DNA from: Candidatus Omnitrophota bacterium
GTDB taxonomy: Bacteria; Omnitrophota; Omnitrophia; Omnitrophales; Aquincolibacteriaceae
Length of the DNA: 42,788 bases
Direction of reading: 5' to 3'
Assembly: GCA_041585205.1 (NCBI GenBank)
Contig: JBFHCO010000002.1
Location: 1-42,788, forward strand
The translations under genes were made by a program, and so were the position numbers. The notes under the pieces were generated by a model. It was not told the DNA's origin, did no database searches, and was given only the letters and a program-made list of their open reading frames with translations. Shown here piece after piece: positions 1-9,658 of this stretch (the first letter of the stretch is position 1; every line of letters begins with the position of its first letter).

Positions 1-1457
1 AGCAGACGCCCGTGGGGCGGACACTCGTTTTTCATCAGGCAAAAAAAGATGTGCTAAAAAAAACCAAAGGACATTATCCTGCACCGCTTGAAATCCTCCG
101 TCTCATTTCTGAAACCTATGGCCGTTCGGGGGCGGAGATTTTTGAAAAGGAAAGCCGCGCCTTTTCAAAGTTGGGCGCGACGCATATTTCCAAAAATCTC
201 ATCAAGGTCTTCTATTTAAATGAAAAATATAAAAAACAAGCGTGGACCTCAGTCAACGGAAAACTTCCGCCGGTTAAAAAATGCGGCGTGGTCGGCGCGG
301 GCGTGATGGGAGGGGGTATCGCTCAACGAGTCAGTTCGAGGGATATACCGGTTCGAGTCAAAGATATCCAGGAACAGGCATTGGGTCACGCCCTGAATGA
401 AGCCCGTGGCATATATGAAGGGGATTTGAAGCGCCGAAAAATCGATCGCCACACCCTCAGCCGTCAGATGGGTTTGATCTCGGTGGGTTTGAAAAATGAC
501 GGCCTGCCGCTTTGCGACATGTTGATCGAGGCCGTGGTTGAAAATATGGAAATTAAAAAAAAGGTTTTTGAGGAACTGGACCGGATCGCCAAACCGGATG
601 CGATTCTTTCTTCCAACACGTCATCGCTTTCGATCACGGAGATGGCGAAGGTGTGCCGCAAACCTGAACGGGTGGTTGGACTGCACTTTTTTAATCCGGT
701 GCACCGCATGCCGCTTGTGGAAGTCATTCGGGGGAAACAAACTTCGGCTGAAACGCTGGAACGGACCATTCAATTTGCGCGCACTCTCGGCAAAACGGTG
801 ATTGTCGCCGAAGACCAACCGGGATTTCTGGTCAACCGCCTGCTGCTGCCGTATTTGAATGAAGCGGCGTATCTTCTGGAAGCGGGGCTGTCGCCCTTGA
901 CCATTGATTCCGTGGCCACTTCCTTCGGCATGCCGATGGGTCCGATTGAATTGGTGGACCAGGTCGGGATCGATGTTGCCTATAAAGTTGCGCATGTACT
1001 TGAAAGCGCCTTCGGGGCGCGTATGAAAGTCGCTTTGACCTTGGAAAGGGCGTTTCAAAAAGGTCTGCTCGGAAAAAAAAGCGGAAAGGGGTTTTATTTT
1101 TATAAAGGAAAGAAAAAATCGGTGAACAGTGCGATGCTGCCGCGGCGTTCGGTGCGCAGTTCATTGCGCCATGAAGACGCCTTAAAGCGCATGGTCTATG
1201 TGATGATCAATGAAGCAGCGCGTTGCCTGGAGGAAAAAGTGGTTGACGCACCCGAAACCGTGGATGTCGGCATGATTTTCGGAGCCGGTTTTCCGCCTTT
1301 CCGGGCCGGACTTTTAAGATATGCGGATGCTGCGGGACTGGATCACATTGTTTCGGATCTCGAGCGTTTCGGGCATTATGTGGATGCCGACCGGTTTGCC
1401 GTGAGCCCGTACTTGAAGCAGCTTGCATCAAACGATAAAAGCTTCTATCAGCCCTGA
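1..1457 (+). CDS. 3-hydroxyacyl-CoA dehydrogenase half of a FadB/FadJ-type multifunctional beta-oxidation enzyme (5' end cut by the window edge)
   Basis: The frame is open from nt 3, with no stop upstream of the GTG at 12. It has the Rossmann NAD motif GVVGAGVMGGGIA, NTSSL and HFFNPV motifs of 3HCDH domains, and a KGHYPAPLEIL linker typical of the hydratase-dehydrogenase junction. Confidence 0.85.
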   Translation, partial: QTPVGRTLVFHQAKKDVLKKTKGHYPAPLEILRLISETYGRSGAEIFEKESRAFSKLGATHISKNLIKVFYLNEKYKKQAWTSVNGKLPPVKKCGVVGAGVMGGGIAQRVSSRDIPVRVKDIQEQALGHALNEARGIYEGDLKRRKIDRHTLSRQMGLISVGLKNDGLPLCDMLIEAVVENMEIKKKVFEELDRIAKPDAILSSNTSSLSITEMAKVCRKPERVVGLHFFNPVHRMPLVEVIRGKQTSAETLERTIQFARTLGKTVIVAEDQPGFLVNRLLLPYLNEAAYLLEAGLSPLTIDSVATSFGMPMGPIELVDQVGIDVAYKVAHVLESAFGARMKVALTLERAFQKGLLGKKSGKGFYFYKGKKKSVNSAMLPRRSVRSSLRHEDALKRMVYVMINEAARCLEEKVVDAPETVDVGMIFGAGFPPFRAGLLRYADAAGLDHIVSDLERFGHYVDADRFAVSPYLKQLASNDKSFYQP

Positions 1458-1650
1458 AAATCCCGCAGATACTCCCTCTGAAATCAGTATTAAGAAATCG
1501 ATATAACTGATTATAATACAATAGGTTATATTTATTCATGCAGAAGAATACCCGCGAGCGGCTGGAGAAATTGTATGGCTTCATATATAATATTAACTTC
1601 TCCCGCATATTGAGCTTGCCAGCAAGGCCTCAATCAGGAGCTTATCAGTT

Positions 1651-3795
1651 ATGAGTAAAAACGTGTCGGATCTTCCGGTTCAGGTCATCTCGGAACTGGA
1701 AGATTATCAAGATTGGATAAAGAAATACCGGGCTCGCGAAATCGGCGAGGTCAAGATGCAAAAAATCCGCCTACAGCTCGGAACCTATGCGCAGCGTCAG
1801 GAAGGCGTTCAAATGCAGCGCATTAAATTTCCCGGCGGAACAATGACCTCCGATCAGCTGATCAATCTAGCTGATGTGTCGGTGAAATATGCGAGCGGTT
1901 TTATCCACTTTTCCACGCGCGAGGACGCGCAGCTTTACTATATTCAGTTGGAACAATGCCCGGACATGATGCGCGACCTCGCCTCAGCCGGTATCACCAC
2001 CCGAGAAGCCTGCGGTAATACCGTACGCAATATCACAGCCTGTTACCGCTCCGGCATATCCACGACCGAGTCCTTTGACTGCGAACCCTACGCTCGGGGT
2101 CTTTTCAGTTTTTTGGTGCGTAATAAATTCAATCAAGTGATGGGGCGAAAGTTTAAAATCGCGTTTGAAAGCTGCTCCGTAGATCATTCCGGCATGCGTT
2201 TTCATGACTTAGGTTTTCAGGCCGTCGTGAAAAAAGAAGACGGCCGCGAACGGCGCGGATTCCGCACCTATATTGGCGGCGGTTTGGGCGGTGTACCGAT
2301 GCTGGGATTTCTCTACAGTGAATTCCTGCCCGAAGAAGAATTGCTCAATCTCGGCGCGGCTTCGGTGCGGCTTTTTGACCGTTACGGAGAAAGAAAAAAT
2401 CGCATGGCGGCACGCATGAAATTTCTGGTCAAAAAAATGGGCTGGGATGCATTCAAAAAAGCGCTTGATGAGGAGCGCGAAAAAGTGAAGCTGCGGTCTT
2501 CCGCAAATGATTATTTGAAAGAAGCGCGCAAGACGCTCCGGGCGCCCGCCTTACCCGCAAACTTACCCGAAAATCCAAAGGGATTGGAATCCAAAGAGAA
2601 TTATAAGACTTGGCTTCACGACAATGTGATTGACCATAAATTCAAAGGCTATAAAGGCGTTCATATTCGACTTAAATTGGGGGATTTGATCGCCGAACCC
2701 GCCAAGCAATTGGCGGGAATCGCCCGCACCTTTTCACAAGGGATCCTGCGCATCTCCATCGAGCAAAATCTCTTTCTGCCGTGGGTACCCGAAAAAGCGT
2801 TGCCGGCTCTTTACCAGGCCCTGTCTGAAATTGACTTAGCCGACGCGGGCGCTGAAACCTTGGAAGATACAACCACTTGCCCGGGCGCGGATACTTGCCG
2901 TCTTGGAATCACATCCGCCAAAGGATTGGGGGCGGGTGTTTCGGCGGCTTTGGGAAACGGCCTTGGAAAATATAAGGATCTGGCGCGCAACGTGCGCGTG
3001 AAGGTTTCCGGGTGTCCGAACGGTTGCGCTCAGCACGGCATCGCCCAAATCGGTTTTCAGGGTGCTGCGCTCAAGAAAGACAACCGCACGGTCCCCGCGC
3101 ATGATGTGTTTGTGGGCGGACAATCCGCGTATGACAAAACACGTTTCGGTGAAAGAGTCGGAAAGATTCCCGCCAAGAACGGGCCGCAGGTGGTTGAAGC
3201 CTATCTTGCGCTTTACGCCAAGGAAAAGCAGGCGGATGAATCCTTCAGTGACTGCATGGCGCGCCTCGGAAAAGACAAACTGCAAGCCGTCCTAGTGCCT
3301 TTTCAGGAAATTCCATCCTTTGATGAGCATCCCGAATTTTATGAAGACTGGGGTCATGAAAACGAAAAGTTTTCCACGCGCGTCGGCATTAAAGGGGAGT
3401 GCGCCGGGGTTCCGGTTCAAGAAAAGGTTCCCGTCATCGAACAAGCTAAAGAACGGTTGCGTCAAGCTGAAGCCTTTTTAGCGCATAAAGAATTTGCCAA
3501 TGCCCAGTTGGAAGCTTATGAAGCCATGGCGGCTGCTGCACGCGTACCGCTTTACGCCGCATTTTGCGACCCCTTTACTTCCGAGCAGGCGCTCTGGGAA
3601 TTTGAGAATATTTTCGTCCGTTCCGGCAAAGCCGCCGCGGAATGGCTCGATTCAGCTGAAAAATTCGAAGCCGCGCGCCGCGCGGAGCCCTCCGAAAAAC
3701 AAGCGACAAGCCTGATTCAAGCGGCGGAAAAGTATCTCCTGGAGTGCGCGCGCATCCAGGGTGCCGTGACACAAGCGCCACCCGCGCAAGCCTGA
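1651..3795 (+). CDS. Siroheme/[4Fe-4S] sulfite or nitrite reductase (ferredoxin-type, NirA/Sir family) with a ~119-aa C-terminal helical extension
   Basis: AGGAG RBS before the ATG. It shows the duplicated NIR_SIR half-domain organisation and the cluster/siroheme cysteine motifs TTCPGADTCRLG (C-x5-C) and SGCPNGCAQHG (C-x3-C). The tail from nt 3436 lies outside the normal fold. Confidence 0.8.
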   Translation: MSKNVSDLPVQVISELEDYQDWIKKYRAREIGEVKMQKIRLQLGTYAQRQEGVQMQRIKFPGGTMTSDQLINLADVSVKYASGFIHFSTREDAQLYYIQLEQCPDMMRDLASAGITTREACGNTVRNITACYRSGISTTESFDCEPYARGLFSFLVRNKFNQVMGRKFKIAFESCSVDHSGMRFHDLGFQAVVKKEDGRERRGFRTYIGGGLGGVPMLGFLYSEFLPEEELLNLGAASVRLFDRYGERKNRMAARMKFLVKKMGWDAFKKALDEEREKVKLRSSANDYLKEARKTLRAPALPANLPENPKGLESKENYKTWLHDNVIDHKFKGYKGVHIRLKLGDLIAEPAKQLAGIARTFSQGILRISIEQNLFLPWVPEKALPALYQALSEIDLADAGAETLEDTTTCPGADTCRLGITSAKGLGAGVSAALGNGLGKYKDLARNVRVKVSGCPNGCAQHGIAQIGFQGAALKKDNRTVPAHDVFVGGQSAYDKTRFGERVGKIPAKNGPQVVEAYLALYAKEKQADESFSDCMARLGKDKLQAVLVPFQEIPSFDEHPEFYEDWGHENEKFSTRVGIKGECAGVPVQEKVPVIEQAKERLRQAEAFLAHKEFANAQLEAYEAMAAAARVPLYAAFCDPFTSEQALWEFENIFVRSGKAAAEWLDSAEKFEAARRAEPSEKQATSLIQAAEKYLLECARIQGAVTQAPPAQA

Positions 3796-3840
3796 TCCGT
3801 CTTATATTTTTTTCAAGCGGTCTTCCATTCCCGGAAACAT

Positions 3841-4056
3841 GTGCTATCCTTTTTTCAAGGGTTGTCAGAAACATGGAGGAAGCCCTTGAAGAACGTTCCA
3901 TGCCGGTATTGTTATAAAGATCTGCCTGAAACCGCGGTGGTCTGCCGTTTTTGCCACCGGCAGCGCTATCAGCCGCCCATCCCATGGGTTTTAGACACTT
4001 TCTTGATGATTCTTTTCGCCATCTCCTATTTGGCGGCCAGCCGATGCATATTTTGA
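3841..4056 (+). CDS. Hypothetical small zinc-ribbon protein with a C-terminal hydrophobic helix
   Basis: CxxC...CxxC (CRYCYKDL...CRFCHRQ) followed by the hydrophobic stretch WVLDTFLMILFAISYLAA. GTG start with no clear RBS, so coding status is uncertain. Confidence 0.3.
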   Translation: MLSFFQGLSETWRKPLKNVPCRYCYKDLPETAVVCRFCHRQRYQPPIPWVLDTFLMILFAISYLAASRCIF

Positions 4057-4174
4057 AACCATGATTTTTCCTAAAAAAGCAAGTGACCGCACCCTATCTT
4101 TTGCTATAGAATCTTCCGAGAAAGTCGTTTTTATGATTAATTGTTCAATACAACTTTAACCGGGGATACAGCAT

Positions 4175-4597
4175 ATGAAACCTTTGGCAAAAATCATGGC
4201 GGTGGACGATGAGCGCATCATTCTCGACAATATTGAAAATTTATTGAAAGGGTCTGGCTATGATGTGGTGAAACTAGGCAAAGCGCCCCTGGTGGAAGAG
4301 ACCGTGCGCAAGGAGCGACCCAACATGATTTTGCTCGATGTCCGCATGCCGGACGGAGACGGTTTGGATCTGTGCAAAAATTTAAGACAAGATCCCAAGA
4401 ATGAATCCATGCCCATTCTGATGCTCACGGGGCTGGATGACGAACCGACCATTGTGCGGGCGCTTGAAAACGGAGCGGACGATTATTTGACGAAACCTTT
4501 CAAGTTCGACGAGTTGCTGGAAAAAATCAAGGCGCTGCTCAGCGCAGCCGAAAAAAATGCGCTTCCAAGTCAGAGGGCTTCGAAGAAAACAAAATAG
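4175..4597 (+). CDS. Stand-alone CheY-like response regulator receiver protein
   Basis: Acidic pocket VDDE, phospho-acceptor context LLDVRMPDGDG, and the conserved LTG and KPF motifs. There is no output domain. Confidence 0.9.
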   Translation: MKPLAKIMAVDDERIILDNIENLLKGSGYDVVKLGKAPLVEETVRKERPNMILLDVRMPDGDGLDLCKNLRQDPKNESMPILMLTGLDDEPTIVRALENGADDYLTKPFKFDELLEKIKALLSAAEKNALPSQRASKKTK

Positions 4598-4611
4598 AGG
4601 CAGAGGTTTCT

Positions 4612-5676
4612 ATGACTGTTAAAACGACCAATATTGACGTATTGCTCCGCACGCTGGCTATTAAAAAAGCCTCCGACCTGCATTTGCAGGTTGGAACCCC
4701 TCCGGTATTCCGCATCAATGGCGATTTGAAATTTTCCGATCTGGAACCACTCACCCGGGAAGATTTAGAGCATTATATCGGGTCACTCATGACCGAACAG
4801 CAGCGCCGACATTTGGAAGAGATCCGGCATTTGGACGTATCCTATGCCCTCCCCGGCGTAGCACGTTTTCGCGTGCACGTTTTCCGTCAGAAAGGGGAGT
4901 TCGGCGTGGCGCTGCGTATTATCCCTTTTAAAATTCCCACGATGGAGGATTTGGGTCTTGCGCCGGTGATCAAGGATTTGGCAAACAGGCCGAATGGTTT
5001 GGTGCTTGTTACGGGACCGACCGGCAGCGGAAAGTCCACCACTTTGGCTTCAGTCATCGATTACATCAACGGATCGCGCAAGGCGCATATCGTGACCATT
5101 GAAGATCCGATCGAATTTGAACACTCCAATAAGAATTGCATGGTGAATCAACGTGAACTGGGCCAGGATACGGAAAGTTTCGGCATGGCTCTGCGGGATG
5201 CTTTGCGTGAGGACCCGGATGTGATTCTGGTCGGCGAGCTGCGGGATCTTGAAACGATTTCAGCGGCTATGACGGCGGCTGAAACGGGTCATTTGGTGTT
5301 CAGTACGCTGCATACCAATGACGTCGCGCAAACCATGGACCGTATCATTGACGTCTTTCCTCCGCATCAACAGCCGGAAATCCGGACTCAATTAGCCAAT
5401 GTCATTCAGGGCGTGATTGCCCAAACGCTGTGTAAACTTAAGGACGGTTCGGGGCGTATCGCGGCTTTTGAAACCATGGTGGCCAATACCGCCATTCGAA
5501 ATTTGATCCGCGAAGGAAAGTCGCAGCAAGTTTACAACGTCGTGCAGACCAGCCGCCAGGCGGGCATGATGCTCATGAAAGATTATTTGAAGATATTGAT
5601 TGATAAAGGACTGATTACTCAGGAAGAAGCGGCGACCAAGGTAGGCAATGTCACGGCGAGTTCATCGCTTAAATAG
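4612..5676 (+). CDS. pilT: Type IV pilus retraction ATPase PilT
   Basis: Walker A GPTGSGKSTT, Asp box/Walker B DVILVGELRD, His box TLHTN, and the PilT-specific AIRNLIREGK motif. It starts 14 nt after the receiver gene with a GAGG-type RBS. Confidence 0.9.
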   Translation: MTVKTTNIDVLLRTLAIKKASDLHLQVGTPPVFRINGDLKFSDLEPLTREDLEHYIGSLMTEQQRRHLEEIRHLDVSYALPGVARFRVHVFRQKGEFGVALRIIPFKIPTMEDLGLAPVIKDLANRPNGLVLVTGPTGSGKSTTLASVIDYINGSRKAHIVTIEDPIEFEHSNKNCMVNQRELGQDTESFGMALRDALREDPDVILVGELRDLETISAAMTAAETGHLVFSTLHTNDVAQTMDRIIDVFPPHQQPEIRTQLANVIQGVIAQTLCKLKDGSGRIAAFETMVANTAIRNLIREGKSQQVYNVVQTSRQAGMMLMKDYLKILIDKGLITQEEAATKVGNVTASSSLK

Positions 5677-5781
5677 TCACCCGTCTCTTCCTTGCCTCAA
5701 AAAATATAAACGCTTTTCTTGCCTTAAAGATTTCTCGCGTGTACTTTTTAAACAGGCGATCACCCACATGACGGGGGTCTT

Positions 5782-6225
5782 ATGAAAGTTAAAGACATTC
5801 TGAACCAAAAGGGGACGCGGGTATTGACCATTCAAAGCGATCAAACCGTGCGGGATGCGTTGGGGATACTCGTTCAGGAACGGATCGGTGCCTTGGTTGT
5901 TTTGGGAAAAAAAGGGGAAATTGCCGGCATTGTTTCGGAGCGCGATATTATCCGAGAGTGTCATAGCCGTGGCCGGGACTGGGAGAGCCGAAAAATCAGC
6001 GATATCATGACTTCTAAATTGCTCGTCGGCCGCTTGGATGATGAGATTGACTATGTGATGGGTATCATGACCAAGAACAGGGTGCGGCATCTCCCCATCG
6101 TATCGGATCAAAAACTGGCGGGTCTGATATCTATCGGGGACGTTGTGAAGGCGCAGCTCGATGACAAAGAGTACGAGAACCGGTACTTAAAAGACTATAT
6201 GTTTGGAACGTACACGGAAAGTTAA
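5782..6225 (+). CDS. CBS-pair domain protein
   Basis: Two CBS repeats (VSERDII..., HLPIVSDQKLAGLISIGDVV) and the typical ~145-aa size. Confidence 0.85.
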   Translation: MKVKDILNQKGTRVLTIQSDQTVRDALGILVQERIGALVVLGKKGEIAGIVSERDIIRECHSRGRDWESRKISDIMTSKLLVGRLDDEIDYVMGIMTKNRVRHLPIVSDQKLAGLISIGDVVKAQLDDKEYENRYLKDYMFGTYTES

Positions 6226-6439
6226 AAGTCAGCTTCCTCCGTTTTTATCCCCTTGGCCACGATTGGCCCCGCTTATCAAAGTGGAATTTCATGTTTTTAT
6301 TCCTATAACTCCTTTATTTATAATAGGATAACATATGCATCTTTTGCGTCAGAATATTTGACAAATGCCGATACATTAGTTATCTTACTTATGTTGTTTA
6401 TTTTAGTATTTATTCTGCTTTGAAATTCTCGGAGGATAC

Positions 6440-9400
6440 GTGAAGGAATTTCGGGTGTTTCCAAAAAAAAGCATGTTGGGTAAAGTCTCCATTAAAATTA
6501 CCCGCAAATTTATTATTACGTTCTTATTTCTGTCGCTTTTTCCTCTGATCTTCATCGGAATCTTTGCCTATAAAAACGGTGAAGAAGCGCTGCGTCAGCG
6601 GCTGGGCCTGAGTTTTATTCAAATCGCTTTTGAAACGATCGATAAAGTCGACCGGAGTTTATTTGAGGTCTATCGAAACGTCCAATCCTGGTCTGGCCTC
6701 GACATGATGCAGACGATCGACGAGCTAGACCGAAGCCGCGCCATTTCTACCTTCCTTCGGGAACTCCAACATGAATATGGTTATTTTGCCAGCTTGGATG
6801 TCGCAGACCGCAAGGGCCGTATTGTCGCGTCGAGCACCAATGATTTTATCGGCCGCAATATTTCAGATGACATTGCCTTTCAGCGGAGCATCAAAGGGCG
6901 CTCGTTTGTTAAAGATATGCTGAAAGATAAAATGACCGGCGAATGGGTGGTTACCATCTCCGTTCCGATTCGTGAAAAGCAAGATGATAAAAAGATTATC
7001 GGCGTGCTATGGGCAAAATGGAAGTCTACCGAATTGCTTGATTTAACGCAGCATATCGCCTCTTTGCACGGATTGCATATCGGCCTGATCGGCGGACATG
7101 TTCTGATTTTGCGCCAGGACGGACTTTTGATTTCAGCGCCTGAGGTACGACGTAACGATCTCTTCCGATTGAATTTGCTTCAAGAAGGTCTCGCCGCGCC
7201 GAATTTGGCTAAACGCAATTTGATGGGTTATTTAATTGAGCGGAATGAAGACGGTCAAGAAATTTTGATCGGGTATCACCGTTCCAAAGGTTTTCGTGAT
7301 TTTCCCGGACTGGGCTGGACCGCTATCGTGGCACAAGACGCACGCATCGTTTTTTCCTCGGTCCAGCGCCTGAAATTAATCACCGTCGCAACCGGCGGAT
7401 TTCTGGCTTTGTTGGTGATGACCGCCTCCATTTTTATAGCCAAACGGATGACCAAACCCATCATTGAAATTTCTCATGCGGCTCAGCGCGTCGCCAAAGG
7501 GGATTTTGCGAGCTCGGTCGAATATAACGACAGTGACGAAATCGGACACCTCGCGAACACATTCAACCAAATGATCCGTGATTTAAAAATGCAGCGCGAG
7601 CAATTGGTTGATAAAAATTACGTTGATTCCATCATCGCCAACATGATCGATGCGCTGATCGTTTTTGATGCCGAGGGCCGGATCAAAACCGTCAACAGGG
7701 CCACGCAGAATATGCTGGGATATCAAGCGGAAGAGCTCGTGGGCGGGAACATCGACCGCATTTTCGATGCTCAAGATTCTCTGATGCGCGACGACCGGAT
7801 GAGCAAGCTGCTCCGTTATGGTTCCATGCAAGATTATGAGATGACGTTCTGCACAAAATCCGGAGAAAAATTACCGGTCAGCTTTTCCGCCTCGGTCATG
7901 CGTATGAATCAAAAAGAAAATCCGGCCGGCGGGGAGGTGCTGGGAATTGTCGGTATGGCGAGGGATTTGAGCGAGCGTAAGCGCGTGGAAACAGCATTGG
8001 CGGCTGAGAAAGAACGGTTATCGGTGACATTGCTTTCGATTGGGGACGGAGTGATCACGACGGACACGTCCGGTAGGATTTTGACGATGAATAAGATCGC
8101 GGAGAATATGACAGGTTGGCTGCAGGATGAGGCCGTTCAAAAATCCTTAAACAAGGTCTTCGTGATTACGGATCAAGACTCTCGTGATCCGTTGGCGGAT
8201 CCCGTCGAGCAGGTTTTGAGTTCCAATCGGGTAATCGAGTCTGAGACGCCGGTGTTGCTGCTGGGGTGGGATAAGAAGGAAAAAATCATTTATTACAACG
8301 CTTCTCCTCTCAGAGATAGCAAAGGGAATGTGATCGGCGTTGTTTTGGTATTCCGCGATATCACGGATCAGGAAAAATTTGAAAGAGAATTCCGTCAGAT
8401 GCAGAAGATGGAAGCCTTGGGGCGGCTTGCCGGCGGAGTGGCGCATGATTTTAATAATTTGTTGACGGTAATACGCGGTTTCGCAGCATTAAGGCTCTCA
8501 AGATTGCAAGAGAATGACCCGGCTAAAGGCGATTTAAAGGAAATCGAAAATGCGGCGGAGAGAGCGGCGGCGCTGACACAGCAGTTGCTCGCTTTTTCCC
8601 GCCACCAAACCTTGGAACCGAAAAATACGAATTTGAATGAGCTCATCACCGGAATTCAAAACATGATCGGGCGGCTCATGGGCGAGGATGTCGCTTTTGA
8701 ACTCAACCTGGCGCCGGAAATTGGTGTTGTTAAAGTGGATCCGGGGCATATGGAACAAGTCTTGGTGAATCTCGCGGTCAATGCCCGCGATGCGATGCCA
8801 AACGGCGGTAAATTCGTAATTTCAACGCGAAACATGGAGCTCGGTTATCAAGAAATTCGCCATCATGTGGGTATGTCTCCCGGTAATTATGTGACGATTT
8901 CCGTGACGGACACAGGGCACGGCATGACTGAAGACGTAAAAGCCCATTTGTTCGAGCCTTTTTTTACTACAAAAGAAAAGGGGAAAGGCACAGGGCTTGG
9001 ACTTGCCACGTGCTATGGCATTATCCGGCGCAGCGGAGGTTTCATTTCCGTTGATAGCAAACCGAATCAAGGAGCCACTTTTGAAATATATTTTCCCCAA
9101 ATCAAGCAAGCCAAAGCCTCGTCCAAGAATCAAAAGCAGAAAGACGAAACGGACGACGCACATGCCGAATTACCGCAAGGCACAGAAACGGTTCTTCTTG
9201 CCGAAGACGAACCGGCAGTACGTAATTTGACGGCCCATGTCCTGCGGAATCAAGGTTATAAGGTGATCGAAGCGGCCAATGGGGAAGAAGCCTTGCGCAT
9301 CGCTCAGGAAAATCAAAATAACGGCATTGATTTGCTCCTGACGGATGTCGTGATGCCTAAAATGGGCGGCCGGGAATTGGTCGAAAAATTCCGCGTGCTC

Positions 9401-9550
9401 AATTCCAAGTCTAAAATAGTCTTCATGTCAGGTTATTCCGACAAAGTGATTATCAATCAAGCTCTGTCCAAAGCCGGAGTTGCCTTCATCCAAAAGCCCT
9501 TTTCCAACGAATCCCTGCTCGTAAACATCCGCACCATTCTCGATCAATAA
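6440..9550 (+). CDS. Hybrid sensor histidine kinase (periplasmic Cache-like sensor, HAMP, 2x PAS, HisKA, HATPase_c, C-terminal receiver)
   Basis: GGAGG RBS and GTG start. An N-terminal TM helix, a ~290-aa extracytoplasmic domain and a second TM helix are followed by HAMP (DEIGHLANTFNQMIRDL), PAS repeats, H-box GGVAHDFNNLL, N/G boxes (NLAVNARDAM, DTGHGM, GTGLGL) and a receiver (LLLTDVVMPKMGG ... QKPF). Confidence 0.9.
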   Translation: MKEFRVFPKKSMLGKVSIKITRKFIITFLFLSLFPLIFIGIFAYKNGEEALRQRLGLSFIQIAFETIDKVDRSLFEVYRNVQSWSGLDMMQTIDELDRSRAISTFLRELQHEYGYFASLDVADRKGRIVASSTNDFIGRNISDDIAFQRSIKGRSFVKDMLKDKMTGEWVVTISVPIREKQDDKKIIGVLWAKWKSTELLDLTQHIASLHGLHIGLIGGHVLILRQDGLLISAPEVRRNDLFRLNLLQEGLAAPNLAKRNLMGYLIERNEDGQEILIGYHRSKGFRDFPGLGWTAIVAQDARIVFSSVQRLKLITVATGGFLALLVMTASIFIAKRMTKPIIEISHAAQRVAKGDFASSVEYNDSDEIGHLANTFNQMIRDLKMQREQLVDKNYVDSIIANMIDALIVFDAEGRIKTVNRATQNMLGYQAEELVGGNIDRIFDAQDSLMRDDRMSKLLRYGSMQDYEMTFCTKSGEKLPVSFSASVMRMNQKENPAGGEVLGIVGMARDLSERKRVETALAAEKERLSVTLLSIGDGVITTDTSGRILTMNKIAENMTGWLQDEAVQKSLNKVFVITDQDSRDPLADPVEQVLSSNRVIESETPVLLLGWDKKEKIIYYNASPLRDSKGNVIGVVLVFRDITDQEKFEREFRQMQKMEALGRLAGGVAHDFNNLLTVIRGFAALRLSRLQENDPAKGDLKEIENAAERAAALTQQLLAFSRHQTLEPKNTNLNELITGIQNMIGRLMGEDVAFELNLAPEIGVVKVDPGHMEQVLVNLAVNARDAMPNGGKFVISTRNMELGYQEIRHHVGMSPGNYVTISVTDTGHGMTEDVKAHLFEPFFTTKEKGKGTGLGLATCYGIIRRSGGFISVDSKPNQGATFEIYFPQIKQAKASSKNQKQKDETDDAHAELPQGTETVLLAEDEPAVRNLTAHVLRNQGYKVIEAANGEEALRIAQENQNNGIDLLLTDVVMPKMGGRELVEKFRVLNSKSKIVFMSGYSDKVIINQALSKAGVAFIQKPFSNESLLVNIRTILDQ

Positions 9551-9658
9551 CCCGCCTTACCCAGAACCAAGCTACGGCAGTCCATGACGGATTGAAATTT
9601 GTGCTCCAAGCTTGCATAGGGTATCCTTGATTAGGTACGGTTTAGATGGAGAAAGCCT

